Of a DNA stretch of 64,000 bases, positions 25,060-35,122 are shown piece after piece. Each line of letters starts with the position of its first letter. Position 1 is the first letter of the stretch. The stretch is from contig CAZOZN010000001.1 of the NCBI GenBank assembly GCA_964584335.1, forward strand, positions 115,882-179,881, read 5' to 3'. The stretch comes from an uncultured archaeon. Lineage in GTDB: Archaea; Aenigmatarchaeota; Aenigmatarchaeia; PWEA01; JAGHBM01. The notes under the pieces were generated by a model. The model was given only the letters and a program-made list of their open reading frames with translations. It was not told the origin of the DNA and made no database searches. The position numbers were made by a program, and so were the translations under genes.

Positions 25060-25929
25060 ATGCTAAAATACATGAGCATAGAAAAGAATATAATTATTTT
25101 TGTTGTGGTATTTTCATTTATTACGCTATTAACACCCACTTTTGATCGACTGATTGATATAGAAATTTTCCTCACTGTATCAACTTTTCTATTTGGAATA
25201 TTTTCAGGTTTTTTCATAGCAAATAGATGGGGAAGATACTCAAGGATGAAAACGCTTCTTACAAATGAAACAGGCGATTTAATATCAATTTATAAAATTT
25301 CAAAGCTAATTGGCAATAATTTTTCAAAGAAAATTTCAGATATAATTGATAATTATCTTATAGAAACCTTTAAGTACGAGGTTTACGAGTACCACGAGAA
25401 AACTGAAAAATTTTTCTATGAGATTTTTAATCAGATAGAAAAAATAAAACCCAAAACTCATCAACAAAAGGAAGCAACCGGTCTAATAATGTGGCAACTT
25501 AAGGATATGCCAAGAGACAGGGAAGAATTGTTTTTGCTCGGAAGATCGAAAATGCCTAAATTTATGTTTCCAATAATATGGTTTTTGGCGTTTGTAATTA
25601 TATTCTGTTTATTCTACATAAGAATAAGTACTATAGCATCTTCCATAATTACTATATTATTGTCTACATGTGTTGTTCTCGTAATTCTTGTTTTAAGAGA
25701 CCTTAATAACTTGAAATGGGGCGAAAGGTCTTTAGCATTTGAGATATATCACAGGGTTTTTGATGCGATAGATAAACTAAGAGTTTATCCTGATATATCA
25801 ATAAAAAAAGGAAGGATAGAAGCCCCAGAAGACAGGGATTACAGGCTTGGTATTTTTGAAGAGAAGAACGGAAAACAGTATTTTAAGAATTTTAAAATGG
25901 TTAAAAAAGGAACTAAATTGGAACTATAA
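25060..25929 (+). CDS. Hypothetical multi-TM protein (possibly DUF4239/bestrophin-like)
   Basis: 2 TM, helical loop, 2 TM; FLFGIFSGFFI..RW.R and VILVLRDL patterns. Confidence 0.6.
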   Translation: MLKYMSIEKNIIIFVVVFSFITLLTPTFDRLIDIEIFLTVSTFLFGIFSGFFIANRWGRYSRMKTLLTNETGDLISIYKISKLIGNNFSKKISDIIDNYLIETFKYEVYEYHEKTEKFFYEIFNQIEKIKPKTHQQKEATGLIMWQLKDMPRDREELFLLGRSKMPKFMFPIIWFLAFVIIFCLFYIRISTIASSIITILLSTCVVLVILVLRDLNNLKWGERSLAFEIYHRVFDAIDKLRVYPDISIKKGRIEAPEDRDYRLGIFEEKNGKQYFKNFKMVKKGTKLEL

Positions 25930-25945
25930 ATCTCTTTAAAAACAA

Positions 25946-26491
25946 ATGATATTTTTGATGGAGTCATATAAAATAGAGAGAATAAACAATGGAACGGTCA
26001 TAGACCACATTAAACCCGGCAATGCAGTTAATGTTCTCAATATTATTCAAGAACCCTCGAATGAAAATACAGTAAGCCTGGCAATTAATGTTTATGGCAG
26101 AACCAGAAAGAAGTACAAAGACATAGTTAAGGTAGAAAACAAATATCTTGACAAAAAGGAAACTGATATGATATCTCTTATATCCGGTGCGACTATAAAT
26201 AAGATAAAAAACGGTGAAGTTTTTGAAAAGAATCGCGTAGAGACACCTAAACAGTTTAAGGGTCTGGTAATGTGTTCTTCTCCTAGATGTGTAACCAATC
26301 CACAGATAGACGAAGACGGTGTTATACACAAGGAACCTGTAGATTATTTTTTTAAAGTTTTAAACGAAGATCCCTTTGAGATAGAATGTTATTATTGTGG
26401 AGGAAAAATGAAGGGAAAAGATATAACTGACAGATTGATTTTAAAAGATACAAAATCAAAATATATAGCATGGCTAAAAGAGTCATTATAA
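25946..26491 (+). CDS. pyrI: Aspartate carbamoyltransferase regulatory chain
   Basis: INNGTVIDHI, KDIVKVE, ATINKI, and Zn motif CSSPRC...CYYC. Confidence 0.92.
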   Translation: MIFLMESYKIERINNGTVIDHIKPGNAVNVLNIIQEPSNENTVSLAINVYGRTRKKYKDIVKVENKYLDKKETDMISLISGATINKIKNGEVFEKNRVETPKQFKGLVMCSSPRCVTNPQIDEDGVIHKEPVDYFFKVLNEDPFEIECYYCGGKMKGKDITDRLILKDTKSKYIAWLKESL

Positions 26492-27798
26492 TGGGCGCAG
26501 CAGGAAGGGATTTTCACGATTTTAACGTTCTTTTTAGAAACAATGAAAAATATGAGGTAGTCGCATTTACAGCAACACAAATACCAGAAATAGACTGGAG
26601 AACTTATCCAAAAGAGCTTGCAGGTAAGCTCTACCCGGATGGCATAAAAATACATCCCGAGAAAGACCTGCCGAAGTTAATAAAAAAATATAATGTAGAT
26701 GAGGTTATTTTTTCTTACAGTGATGTTTCTTATGAATATCTAATGGAAAAGGCATCTTTAGTTATTTCTCTGGGTGCTGATTTCAGGCTTCTGAGCCATA
26801 AATCTACAGCCCTTAAGTCAAAAAAATTTGTAATATCTGTCTGTGCTGTAAGAACGGGATGCGGAAAGTCTCAGACTACAAGAAAGATTTGTGAAATATT
26901 AAGGACTTTGGGAGTCAGGTTCACGGTTATAAGGCACCCAATGCCTTACGGAGACTTGAGAGAGCAGGAGGTACAAAGATTTTCTAGATATACGGATTTA
27001 AAGAAGTACAACTGCACTATAGAGGAAATGGAAGAATATGAACCCCACATATCTAAGGGCAATGTAGTTTACGCGGGTGTCGATTACGGAAAAATTTTAA
27101 AGAAAGCCGAGGCGGAAAGCGATGTTATAATTTGGGATGGCGGAAACAACGACTTTTCTTTCTTCAGGTCCGATTTGTATATTGTGGTGACTGACCCTCA
27201 CCGCGCAGGCCATGAATTAAACTATCATCCCGGCTCTGCCAACCTTAGGATGGCAGATTTGGTTATAATAAACAAGGAGGGCACCGCCCTTAAGGAAGAC
27301 ATAAAAAAAGTGAGAAAAAATATTAAAAAAATTAACAGTGACGCAAAGATAATAGATGCAAATTCACCTGTTTACTTGGAAGACCCCGAGAAAGTTCGTA
27401 ACAAGAAAGTTCTTGTTGTGGAGGACGGCCCTACACTGACACACGGAGGAATGGGATACGGCGCAGGTTACATAGCTGCAAAATCCTTTACAAATAAAAT
27501 AATAGACCCGAGAAAGTATGCTGTGGGTTCTATAAAGGAAACTTTCAAAAAATACAAACATTTAAAAAATGTTCTACCTGCCATGGGTTATAACAGAACG
27601 CAGATAGAAGAATTAGAGGAAACTATAAACAAATCAAGCTGTGAAGCTGTCGTTGTCGGTACACCGATAGACCTTTCAAGATTCATGGAAATAAAAAAAC
27701 CGCACACCAGGGTTTTCTACAAGCTGGATGAAAAAGGAAAGCCTAATTTAGAGACAGAAATAAGAAAATTGCTTAAGAAAAAGAAATTTTTTTCATGA
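26470..27798 (+). CDS. COG2403 P-loop ligase (cDPG-synthetase-like; probable arginine synthetase ArcE type)
   Basis: RVIIMGAAGRDFH.FN, VVAFTATQIP, AVRTGCGKSQT, RHPMPYGDL, WDGGNND, VEDGPTLTHGGM. Confidence 0.8.
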   Translation: MAKRVIIMGAAGRDFHDFNVLFRNNEKYEVVAFTATQIPEIDWRTYPKELAGKLYPDGIKIHPEKDLPKLIKKYNVDEVIFSYSDVSYEYLMEKASLVISLGADFRLLSHKSTALKSKKFVISVCAVRTGCGKSQTTRKICEILRTLGVRFTVIRHPMPYGDLREQEVQRFSRYTDLKKYNCTIEEMEEYEPHISKGNVVYAGVDYGKILKKAEAESDVIIWDGGNNDFSFFRSDLYIVVTDPHRAGHELNYHPGSANLRMADLVIINKEGTALKEDIKKVRKNIKKINSDAKIIDANSPVYLEDPEKVRNKKVLVVEDGPTLTHGGMGYGAGYIAAKSFTNKIIDPRKYAVGSIKETFKKYKHLKNVLPAMGYNRTQIEELEETINKSSCEAVVVGTPIDLSRFMEIKKPHTRVFYKLDEKGKPNLETEIRKLLKKKKFFS

Positions 27799-27828
27799 TA
27801 TTTATACTTTTTATGCAATATTCTTGTT

Positions 27829-28380
27829 ATGACTGAAATTTTGTTTTCATATGGCACGAGTCTCAATAACGTAGACGATAATCTTTCCTATGATATAGGA
27901 AACATTGTTTATGACAGACTAAAAGAGAATGATAATTTTGTTTTTGTATCTTCACCGAGAAACGGAAACACCTTTGAGTTCGACCCGCCGCCTGATTTAA
28001 GGTCAGGAGTTGAAACATTATTTTTTGATTCAGATTACAAAGTCATAGACTTATACAGCACATCCATATGGGATGGTATAGGTAGAAAACACGAGCTTTG
28101 GGAAGGAGAAGGAATTCCTCCCGAGTTTTTAATAGAGTCTCCTCAAAACATAAAAGGCAAATCGCTTATAGAAAAGGAGAGAAGACTCGATAGGGGAATT
28201 TTAACACCATATCTTAGAACAGTTGGTGAATTTTCTTACAAAAACTTCATAAATAAAACCCCCGATGAAAACTACTATCCTGTTTTTATTTCCTGTAATG
28301 AAACAGGCACAGATAAAAAATACAGTGAAAGAAAAAAACTCATAACAGATGAACTTAGAAAGTTATTTTCTAATCTTTGA
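27829..28380 (+). CDS. Hypothetical protein
   Basis: 183-aa ORF filling the gap; no recognised motif. Confidence 0.6.
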   Translation: MTEILFSYGTSLNNVDDNLSYDIGNIVYDRLKENDNFVFVSSPRNGNTFEFDPPPDLRSGVETLFFDSDYKVIDLYSTSIWDGIGRKHELWEGEGIPPEFLIESPQNIKGKSLIEKERRLDRGILTPYLRTVGEFSYKNFINKTPDENYYPVFISCNETGTDKKYSERKKLITDELRKLFSNL

Positions 28381-29041
28381 TTCCGTAGTTATTAAAATAT
28401 TCGTTGAAATTTTTGTATATTTCTTTTTTTACATAAACTTCATTGTTTATTTCCTTTCCAACCAGATAATCAAAAGTTTCTCTTGCTTTAAGCAGCGAGT
28501 AAACTTTTAATCCTTTTTCTTCTATTTCCTGTACCGCGCTTCTACCGCTGTCTCCTCTTTCCTGCCTGTCAAATATTATAATTAATCCTACAAAATTCAG
28601 TTTAATGCCTATTGTATTCAGTTTTTCTATTGTCTCGAACTTGGTAAGCCCTGTTGTAGTAACATCATCAATCATCAAAATTTTGTCTCCTTCTTTTAGA
28701 TTTCCTACAATCATCTTGCCTTTGGAATCTCCGTAATCTTTTATCTCTTTTCTATCGAACACGAATCTTTTTTCGATTCCGTACTTTTCATATAATGTCT
28801 TTACCAGCGCCGCGCCAAGCGGTATGCCTTTGTATGCGGGGCCTAATATTACGTCAAAATCTATTTTTTTTCTTACAATATCATCAGCGAAAGCTTCAGC
28901 AACCGCAGATAAAGCTTTTCCTGAATCTAGGTTACCTGAATTAAAAAAATAAGGGCTTTCTCTTCCTGACTTAAGAGTAAATGAACCGAATCTCAAAACT
29001 TTTTTTTCCACTAAAACTCTTACCAAATTCTCGTTTACCAT
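28370..29041 (-). CDS. pyrE: Orotate phosphoribosyltransferase
   Basis: FGSFTLKSGRESPYFFN, GPAYKGIP, DRKE.KDYG, PRPP motif MIDDVTTTG. Confidence 0.95.
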   Translation of the reverse strand: MVNENLVRVLVEKKVLRFGSFTLKSGRESPYFFNSGNLDSGKALSAVAEAFADDIVRKKIDFDVILGPAYKGIPLGAALVKTLYEKYGIEKRFVFDRKEIKDYGDSKGKMIVGNLKEGDKILMIDDVTTTGLTKFETIEKLNTIGIKLNFVGLIIIFDRQERGDSGRSAVQEIEEKGLKVYSLLKARETFDYLVGKEINNEVYVKKEIYKNFNEYFNNYGIKD

Positions 29042-29979
29042 CTACATATCCCCCCTTCTTTAAGCGCAGTCAAAATATCTTTCCTCATTTTCAAAGCCGC
29101 TTCCCTTGAAGCTTCTTCAAAATCTTCTTCTTTGTAACCACTGTTTTGATATGCAAAATTTATTCCTCTTGAAGAATTTATTATTGCACCCTGTCCGTCT
29201 TTATTAAAGCAGGGCAGAACATCCTTTGCTGAACCGCCTTGTGCACCGTAACCAGGCACGAGAAATATTGATTTTTCCATAACTTTTCTAAGTTCAATTG
29301 CTTGTTCCGGGTAAGTGGCTCCTACTACGGCACCAACAGACCCGTAACCCGTTTCTCCTATCGTTTTCTTGCACCAAGCATCGACATTCTTCGCTATTGT
29401 TATAAAGTTCTTTACCCCCTTGTTGTTGGTCAGGTCCTGAAATTCTCCTGAAGATGGATTTGATGTTTTAACAAGAACAAAAATACCTTTGTCATATTTT
29501 TCAATAGATTCTATGAAAGGATTTATACCGTCAGAACCCAGATATGGGTTAACTGTAATACAGTCGACATCCAGAGATTTTTCTTTTCCTTCAAAGTAAT
29601 CTACCATTCCTATATGACCGTCAGAATAAGCCTTTGCAGTACTTCCTATATCGTTTCTTTTTGCATCTTCTATAACTAAAAGCCCTCTTTTTTTTGCGTA
29701 ATTTACGGTATCAACGAATGACTTAAAGCCGTAAATTCCATATTGTTCATAGAAAGCCATCTGAGGTTTCACTGCAGGCACCACATCTTTTATTGCATCT
29801 ATCAGTCCCTTATTGAACTCAAAGAAAATTGAACCGATTGCTTCAAAATTTTTCCCGTATTTGCTTATGTTCTCTTCTACAATAAAGCTCGGTATTTTTT
29901 TTAGTCTTGGGTCGAGACCCACTACGGATGGATTCTCTTTTTCATCTATTTTATTCAATAACCTGTCAGCAAAATTCAT
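29035..29979 (-). CDS. pyrF: Orotidine-5'-phosphate decarboxylase (type 2)
   Basis: VGLDP, KPQMAFYE, DAKRNDIGST, VNPYLG, VKTSNP, GATYP, LVPGYGAQGG, NSSR. Confidence 0.96.
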   Translation of the reverse strand: MNFADRLLNKIDEKENPSVVGLDPRLKKIPSFIVEENISKYGKNFEAIGSIFFEFNKGLIDAIKDVVPAVKPQMAFYEQYGIYGFKSFVDTVNYAKKRGLLVIEDAKRNDIGSTAKAYSDGHIGMVDYFEGKEKSLDVDCITVNPYLGSDGINPFIESIEKYDKGIFVLVKTSNPSSGEFQDLTNNKGVKNFITIAKNVDAWCKKTIGETGYGSVGAVVGATYPEQAIELRKVMEKSIFLVPGYGAQGGSAKDVLPCFNKDGQGAIINSSRGINFAYQNSGYKEEDFEEASREAALKMRKDILTALKEGGICRW

Positions 29980-30022
29980 AAAACACCCCTTCTTTAAATA
30001 TAAAGACTGAGATTATATAAAA

Positions 30023-30493
30023 TTAACATTTTGTCAATGCTTTAATTATATCCTGCCTTGCCACTATTCCTACCATCTTTCCTTTTTTGTTTAAGACTGG
30101 TATTCGGTTTATTTTTTTCTTGTTCATCAATCCGGCAGCTTCTCTGAAGTCTTCATTTTCTTCGACTGTGTAGAGTTCTTTTGTCATGAAATCCTTTACC
30201 TTGAATTTTTTTAGGATTTCCATCTCTTTCTTTAGCTTCTCTGAATTGTTTCTAGACTTTAAACCGGCCGCTATTAAAATAAAATCATGGCTTGATGCAA
30301 AATGTATTTTGGGTGTTTTTTTGTTAAGTTTTTTTATTATGTCGCAGTCTGTTATAATACCCACAAGCTTATCTTCCTTTATTACAGGAAGTCCGCTTAT
30401 TCCCTTTTTGGAGAAGGATTCAATAACTTTTGATATTCCCTCATCAGGCGATATACTGAATACTTTTTTATTCATAACTTCTTTTACTTTCAA
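30023..30493 (-). CDS. CBS-domain protein
   Basis: Two CBS repeats (KVKEVM..SGLPV..LVGIIT..DI; KVKDFM..RIPV..VGIV...DI); TTG start after GAGGTGA. Confidence 0.92.
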   Translation of the reverse strand: MKVKEVMNKKVFSISPDEGISKVIESFSKKGISGLPVIKEDKLVGIITDCDIIKKLNKKTPKIHFASSHDFILIAAGLKSRNNSEKLKKEMEILKKFKVKDFMTKELYTVEENEDFREAAGLMNKKKINRIPVLNKKGKMVGIVARQDIIKALTKC

Positions 30494-30502
30494 AAAATCA
30501 CC

Positions 30503-32368
30503 TCATTTTACCGCACTCACAAAATAATATTTTGTCAAAAGCTTTCTTTTTTCCTTTATCTTTATGTTTTTGAAGCCCGCCTTTTTAAATAATTTTCTTA
30601 CTTCTTTTTTGTTCTTGAGGAACTTCGGCGGGTTGAAGAAAAGAGTTTTACCGAATTCTAGTATGCTTATTCTCTTGCCTTTTTTAAGTATTTTTCTGAA
30701 TTCTTTTAAGAGTTTTAGGGGGTCCTTTTGGTAGTAAATAACACCCACTGAAACTATACCGTCGAATGTATTTCTCTTGAACTTAACCATTTCGTCTTCT
30801 TCCTTAACCAGAACTATGTTTTTCTTTTTTGTTTTTTTGACTTTTCTTACGCAATGGTCGAGCTGTTTTTTTGATACATCCACAGCTACTATGGTGCCTT
30901 TTTTGACTTCATCAGAGAGCTTTAAAAGGTTTGTAACGGCAGCACCGCATCCATAATCTAGAACATTATGGTGTTCTTTTGTTTTCAGGCTTCCTATGAC
31001 TTCTTCTCTTTCCATTTTACCGTACCATATGTGTATGAACATATTGTATATGTAGCATATATGGTCGAAAAGAAATTCAACGAATTCCCTGTCCTGCAGC
31101 TTCACTATTATGTAAATTGGCGTCCCCAAAAACATGAGAAATATACACATCACAAAACTGTGTATAGAAGTTGGTTCGTTCATTAGCCAGAACATAAGCA
31201 ATACTATGTTTATCAAAGCCATCAGAGTTGCTCCTCTGGTTCCTATGGGAGAACGGAAAGGCCTTTTTATGCTTTTTGTAAGCCTTAGCTTTATGAAAAT
31301 TATCAATACAATTATATACAGAATCGTAACAAAAGGTAAAAGCAGGGACAGAAGTGCTACATAATCACCAAATCCTATCAATATCACGAAAAAGGAGATT
31401 ACAGTCTGAAATATTATGGATATGTAAGGTGTTTTATGCTTCCAGTGAATTTTTTCACAGCTTTTAAGGAAAAGATTTTCCCTTGCCATTCCTAGCAGTA
31501 GTCTTGGGGTTGATATTACCCATGAAGCAGCACTTCCTATTATTGCAATAAATATAAGGTATACAACAAAAGGAGAATATCCGAAAATTTTCTCGGCAAG
31601 CATTGTGAATGGTGTGTCCGACTGTGAGAAAATTTCCCAGTTTATTACACCAAGAGACATGAAAATCAGGAGCACGCACATGAATAATATGAACAATGTT
31701 GCAAAAATCAGGGATTTCGGAAGGACTTTTTCGGGGTCTTTCGCTTCTTCAGAAAGGAAAGTTATTGCTTCCCAACCAAAATAAGTCTCTGAAATAAAGA
31801 ACATTGCAGTAAATATCGAACTTATCGGGAATACAAAGAAAGGCGAGAAATTTGTCATATCTATTTTGGGTATACCGAATACTATCAAAATCAGTGGTGT
31901 GAATATTGTAAGAAATGAGAATACTAGAAGCATTATCTTGCTTATATTCATGCCGATATAACTTACACTATTGAAAAACAGAAGCAAAAAAACTGAAACA
32001 AGAAGTTTGACAATTACAGTCTCTGTTGGCATTATGTAGTGTATTGCACCAACTATAAGCATCGAAATAGTAACATTGGCAACCATCCAGGATATCCACC
32101 CTGTCATAAAAGATGGAAATTCGTCGAAAGCCTGCCTGGCAAACTCGAAAACACCGCCCGCTCTTGGATACATACTGACTAGTTCTGCAAAAACAAAAGA
32201 CATCAGTATTGCAATTATTCCTATTAAAATCCAGGAGATTATGGAAGCAGGACCTGCATGCATTGCTCCAATTGAAGGTAGAAAAAACAGACCTGTCCCC
32301 ACTATAGAATTAATCGCCAGAAATAGCATTGCCTTGAAGCCGACTTCTTTTCTTAGTTCGTGAGACAT
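30503..32368 (-). CDS. APC-family amino acid permease fused to a C-terminal class I SAM-methyltransferase-like domain
   Basis: INSIVGTGLF, AELVSMYPRAGG, YFGWE, PRLLLGMA; C-terminal VLDYGCG, AVDVS, FDGIVS, FRKILKKG. Confidence 0.85.
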   Translation of the reverse strand: MSHELRKEVGFKAMLFLAINSIVGTGLFFLPSIGAMHAGPASIISWILIGIIAILMSFVFAELVSMYPRAGGVFEFARQAFDEFPSFMTGWISWMVANVTISMLIVGAIHYIMPTETVIVKLLVSVFLLLFFNSVSYIGMNISKIMLLVFSFLTIFTPLILIVFGIPKIDMTNFSPFFVFPISSIFTAMFFISETYFGWEAITFLSEEAKDPEKVLPKSLIFATLFILFMCVLLIFMSLGVINWEIFSQSDTPFTMLAEKIFGYSPFVVYLIFIAIIGSAASWVISTPRLLLGMARENLFLKSCEKIHWKHKTPYISIIFQTVISFFVILIGFGDYVALLSLLLPFVTILYIIVLIIFIKLRLTKSIKRPFRSPIGTRGATLMALINIVLLMFWLMNEPTSIHSFVMCIFLMFLGTPIYIIVKLQDREFVEFLFDHICYIYNMFIHIWYGKMEREEVIGSLKTKEHHNVLDYGCGAAVTNLLKLSDEVKKGTIVAVDVSKKQLDHCVRKVKKTKKKNIVLVKEEDEMVKFKRNTFDGIVSVGVIYYQKDPLKLLKEFRKILKKGKRISILEFGKTLFFNPPKFLKNKKEVRKLFKKAGFKNIKIKEKRKLLTKYYFVSAVK

Positions 32369-32443
32369 ATAACTAAATATCTTTTTGCTTAAATAAAATA
32401 TTTTTCAATAGAAACAGATAACTAAAGCCTCTTTTCTATTGGC

Positions 32444-32785
32444 TTATTGATATTCTCTCCATCTATGTTTGCATTTACAACATTGATAGAACTTAGTGGG
32501 CCCTTCGTCAACTGAACGAGTTTGCAATACCCACCAGTGTGCTTTTGTGTGCCCGCATTTTGGACATTGTGCCGTGGTTACCGGAAGAGTTTCCATTGAA
32601 ATGTCGTTTTCCATTACTATTATTTCATCTTCTGGTCTTTTTTTCACCCTTTCTCTGATGCTATAATCTTTTGCGTAAGAGTTGACTTTTTTGCCGCATT
32701 TTCTGCAGACAAGAGTAACTCCTCTCTTGGTTTTTTCAGTTTTTTTGGGTATCATCATTCCGCCACATTTTTCACAAAACCTCAA
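32444..32785 (-). CDS. tfs: Transcription elongation factor S
   Basis: FCEKCG..CRKC; CPKCG..QTRSVDEG.T.FY.C.KC.HRWRE; TTG start after GGGTGA. Confidence 0.93.
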   Translation of the reverse strand: MRFCEKCGGMMIPKKTEKTKRGVTLVCRKCGKKVNSYAKDYSIRERVKKRPEDEIIVMENDISMETLPVTTAQCPKCGHTKAHWWVLQTRSVDEGPTKFYQCCKCKHRWREYQ

Positions 32786-32790
32786 TTTTT

Positions 32791-33429
32791 TCACCCTTTG
32801 GTTATTTTATTATATACCAGATAAATTCCGGCCAGTATAATTAAAACCAGCAGACCCGTATTAGGTTCCACAATGAACCACCTCACTGCCAGTATTTTCA
32901 CCCAGCCAAGATATGGTATCTTAACCAGCGCTTTGCCGTAAATTTCCTCTTCTAGTACTTCTTTTTTACCTGTGCACTGGTCGCATTTCACATTATTATC
33001 TCCCTTAGTTATATAAATCTTTCTGTTGTCGTTTGAAAGCGATATTTCGCTTATTACCTTGTCTCTAATCTGATTCCAGTCTTCTAACTTATCTACTTCT
33101 GGGTACTCACTCGTAGCCACTATTCTATGTATTATAGGCTCCGTTTCCCAGCCATTAAAAACTATTATTTCTCCAGCTTCGTAGGTATCCTCTCCTTTTA
33201 TAATGACTATATCACCGACATTTAGATTCGGTACCATTGACCTGCTTGAGACAGTTACTATGGGCAAATCCGTGTCAAGAAGTATTCCTGATATTTGATG
33301 AACTGAGAATGCGACTAAGACGCCTAGAATACAGTAAAAAACTACACCTCCCCAGCCTTTGTTAAGTTTTTCCCAAAAAAGTTTTATTTTCTTGTTTTTT
33401 TTCTTTTTTCTTTTTTTATACCCTGCCAA
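32791..33429 (-). CDS. Signal peptidase I (S26B, archaeal type)
   Basis: VSSRSMVPNLNVGD, PIIHR, YITKGDNN, KIPYLG. Confidence 0.9.
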   Translation of the reverse strand: MAGYKKRKKKKNKKIKLFWEKLNKGWGGVVFYCILGVLVAFSVHQISGILLDTDLPIVTVSSRSMVPNLNVGDIVIIKGEDTYEAGEIIVFNGWETEPIIHRIVATSEYPEVDKLEDWNQIRDKVISEISLSNDNRKIYITKGDNNVKCDQCTGKKEVLEEEIYGKALVKIPYLGWVKILAVRWFIVEPNTGLLVLIILAGIYLVYNKITKG

Positions 33430-34012
33430 CACTCTCACCTTTTATCAATCCTGATGCAATCAAATGTGCTATTCTTATGGGTTCCGGTATGAGGCTTCTT
33501 TTTACTGATATTTCTATTGCTTTTTTTGCTTCCTCTTCTGATAGTCCTGTTTTTTGGAAATAAATACTTTTTCCTCTCTTGTCCAGTTTTAAATCAAAGA
33601 ATTCTCCAGCATTTTCAACTGCTTTCCATCTTTTTTCAAAATAGGGAAGCTTTTTCATGGCTTCCTTGAATTTTTTCATATCAGTTTTTTTTCTTATTAC
33701 TGCAATAACAGGCAAACCTGTTTCTTTGTTTAGTTTTTTAATATCCACAAAATTAAAACCACCAAATGTTATACCATCTAACATTATTATTCTTAGGTCC
33801 TTGTGTCTTGTTTTTTTTACCGCTTCAGCTATTTTTTCTGTAGCATCTGTTCCATCAATGTTTATCTCTGTCTTAATTATACCGTCTATGCAAGAACCCC
33901 CTCTAAATATAGTTCCTATTAAAATTACTTTCCCTGAAGAGCCTTTTTCAAACGGTGCATCATCTAATCCAAGAATTCGAATTTCTTTCTTTATTATCAT
34001 GAGAACCTGCAC
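33416..34012 (-). CDS. DUF99 / endonuclease dU family protein
   Basis: RILGLDDAPF, DGTDAT, LDGITFGGFN, PEPIRIAHLIA. Confidence 0.9.
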   Translation of the reverse strand: MQVLMIIKKEIRILGLDDAPFEKGSSGKVILIGTIFRGGSCIDGIIKTEINIDGTDATEKIAEAVKKTRHKDLRIIMLDGITFGGFNFVDIKKLNKETGLPVIAVIRKKTDMKKFKEAMKKLPYFEKRWKAVENAGEFFDLKLDKRGKSIYFQKTGLSEEEAKKAIEISVKRSLIPEPIRIAHLIASGLIKGESVGRV

Positions 34013-34050
34013 ACAGTTATTTTTCTTATATCAAGTTTCAATAAGAAAAA

Positions 34051-34326
34051 TTATTTTGAAAAGGCCCTTGAAAATTCCTTTCTAAAGTCTTGCATCTGGT
34101 TTGAGATATTTCTGGCTGCGGCCTTAAGTGTGGTTGTAGGGTCTTTTTTCTCTGTTTCAAGAATTAATACAGGGTTTGTAAGGAAAGGATGTTCTTTTTG
34201 GTAAGATGAGTAATCCGCACCTTCTTCCCAGAGAGCCTTTCTAAGTAAGTTAACTAAAGTATAGTCTTCGCCTTCAAATTCTACACGAAGCTTGTTTTTA
34301 CCTTTTCCTATAATTTTTATTTCCAT
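34051..34326 (-). CDS. rpoL: RNA polymerase subunit L (Rpo11)
   Basis: EGEDYTLVNLLRKAL..Y..EHPF; DUF99-rpoL-tfs context. Confidence 0.9.
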   Translation of the reverse strand: MEIKIIGKGKNKLRVEFEGEDYTLVNLLRKALWEEGADYSSYQKEHPFLTNPVLILETEKKDPTTTLKAAARNISNQMQDFRKEFSRAFSK

Positions 34327-34363
34327 ACTTATTCCTCACCAGATAGTTATATAAAGTTAACGT

Positions 34364-34819
34364 TTATTCTTTCCCGAAAGCTTTAGCTATGTTTTTTAAT
34401 TTGTCTATTTGTGGTATATAAACACCCATTTCTACTTTATCTTTTATAGTATCTCCCGGATTATTTTCGTCTACTATTTTGTCTAGATAATAGTCAAGAG
34501 GAACCCAACCAGAACTTTTTCCGAATGAGAGAAAAGATTCGTCTCCCATGTATCTTTTTATTACTGAATTTATTTTTTTCATATCTTTTTCCCAGTTTTC
34601 ATATCTTTTCTTTTCATAATCTTTGTTTTTCTTGGCATTTTTACCATACTTTTCAATCTCTACTTCAACATAATTTTTTTCTCCCATAACCATCTCTGCA
34701 AAATTGTCCGAGTACGGTATATCCATGTTTTTTATCTCGTTTGCAGCTCCACATAAAGTGTTCTCGAGCCCGTCTAAAATAAAATTTGTATCTCTTTTCA
34801 GCTTGCTTAAGTTATACAT
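34364..34819 (-). CDS. Hypothetical protein
   Basis: 151-aa ORF; no motif recognised. Confidence 0.55.
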   Translation of the reverse strand: MYNLSKLKRDTNFILDGLENTLCGAANEIKNMDIPYSDNFAEMVMGEKNYVEVEIEKYGKNAKKNKDYEKKRYENWEKDMKKINSVIKRYMGDESFLSFGKSSGWVPLDYYLDKIVDENNPGDTIKDKVEMGVYIPQIDKLKNIAKAFGKE

Positions 34820-34870
34820 GATTATAACTAGCCTGTAAAATTATTTATCTCTTTTAGGCCAAAACTAATT

Positions 34871-35122
34871 ATGAGTTCCTTGAAAACTTTGAGAGCCGTT
34901 AGAAATATGGAAAGAGACTTGAACCTGAGTGAAAGAGACATTTATTGTGATGACTTATCTCCGGAGAAGGTGGTTTCTGATAGTGCAGTTGAAACTTATT
35001 CTACCGGTTTTAAAAAAACAGGAGAGATTTTCTATGACAAGGATAAAATGGAGATAACAATTGTCGAGAATGAGGATTTACCAATTTACCTTGCGGGACT
35101 GTGGTTTAACAGAAACTATTAG
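34871..35122 (+). CDS. Hypothetical protein
   Basis: 83-aa ORF filling the gap. Confidence 0.5.
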   Translation: MSSLKTLRAVRNMERDLNLSERDIYCDDLSPEKVVSDSAVETYSTGFKKTGEIFYDKDKMEITIVENEDLPIYLAGLWFNRNY

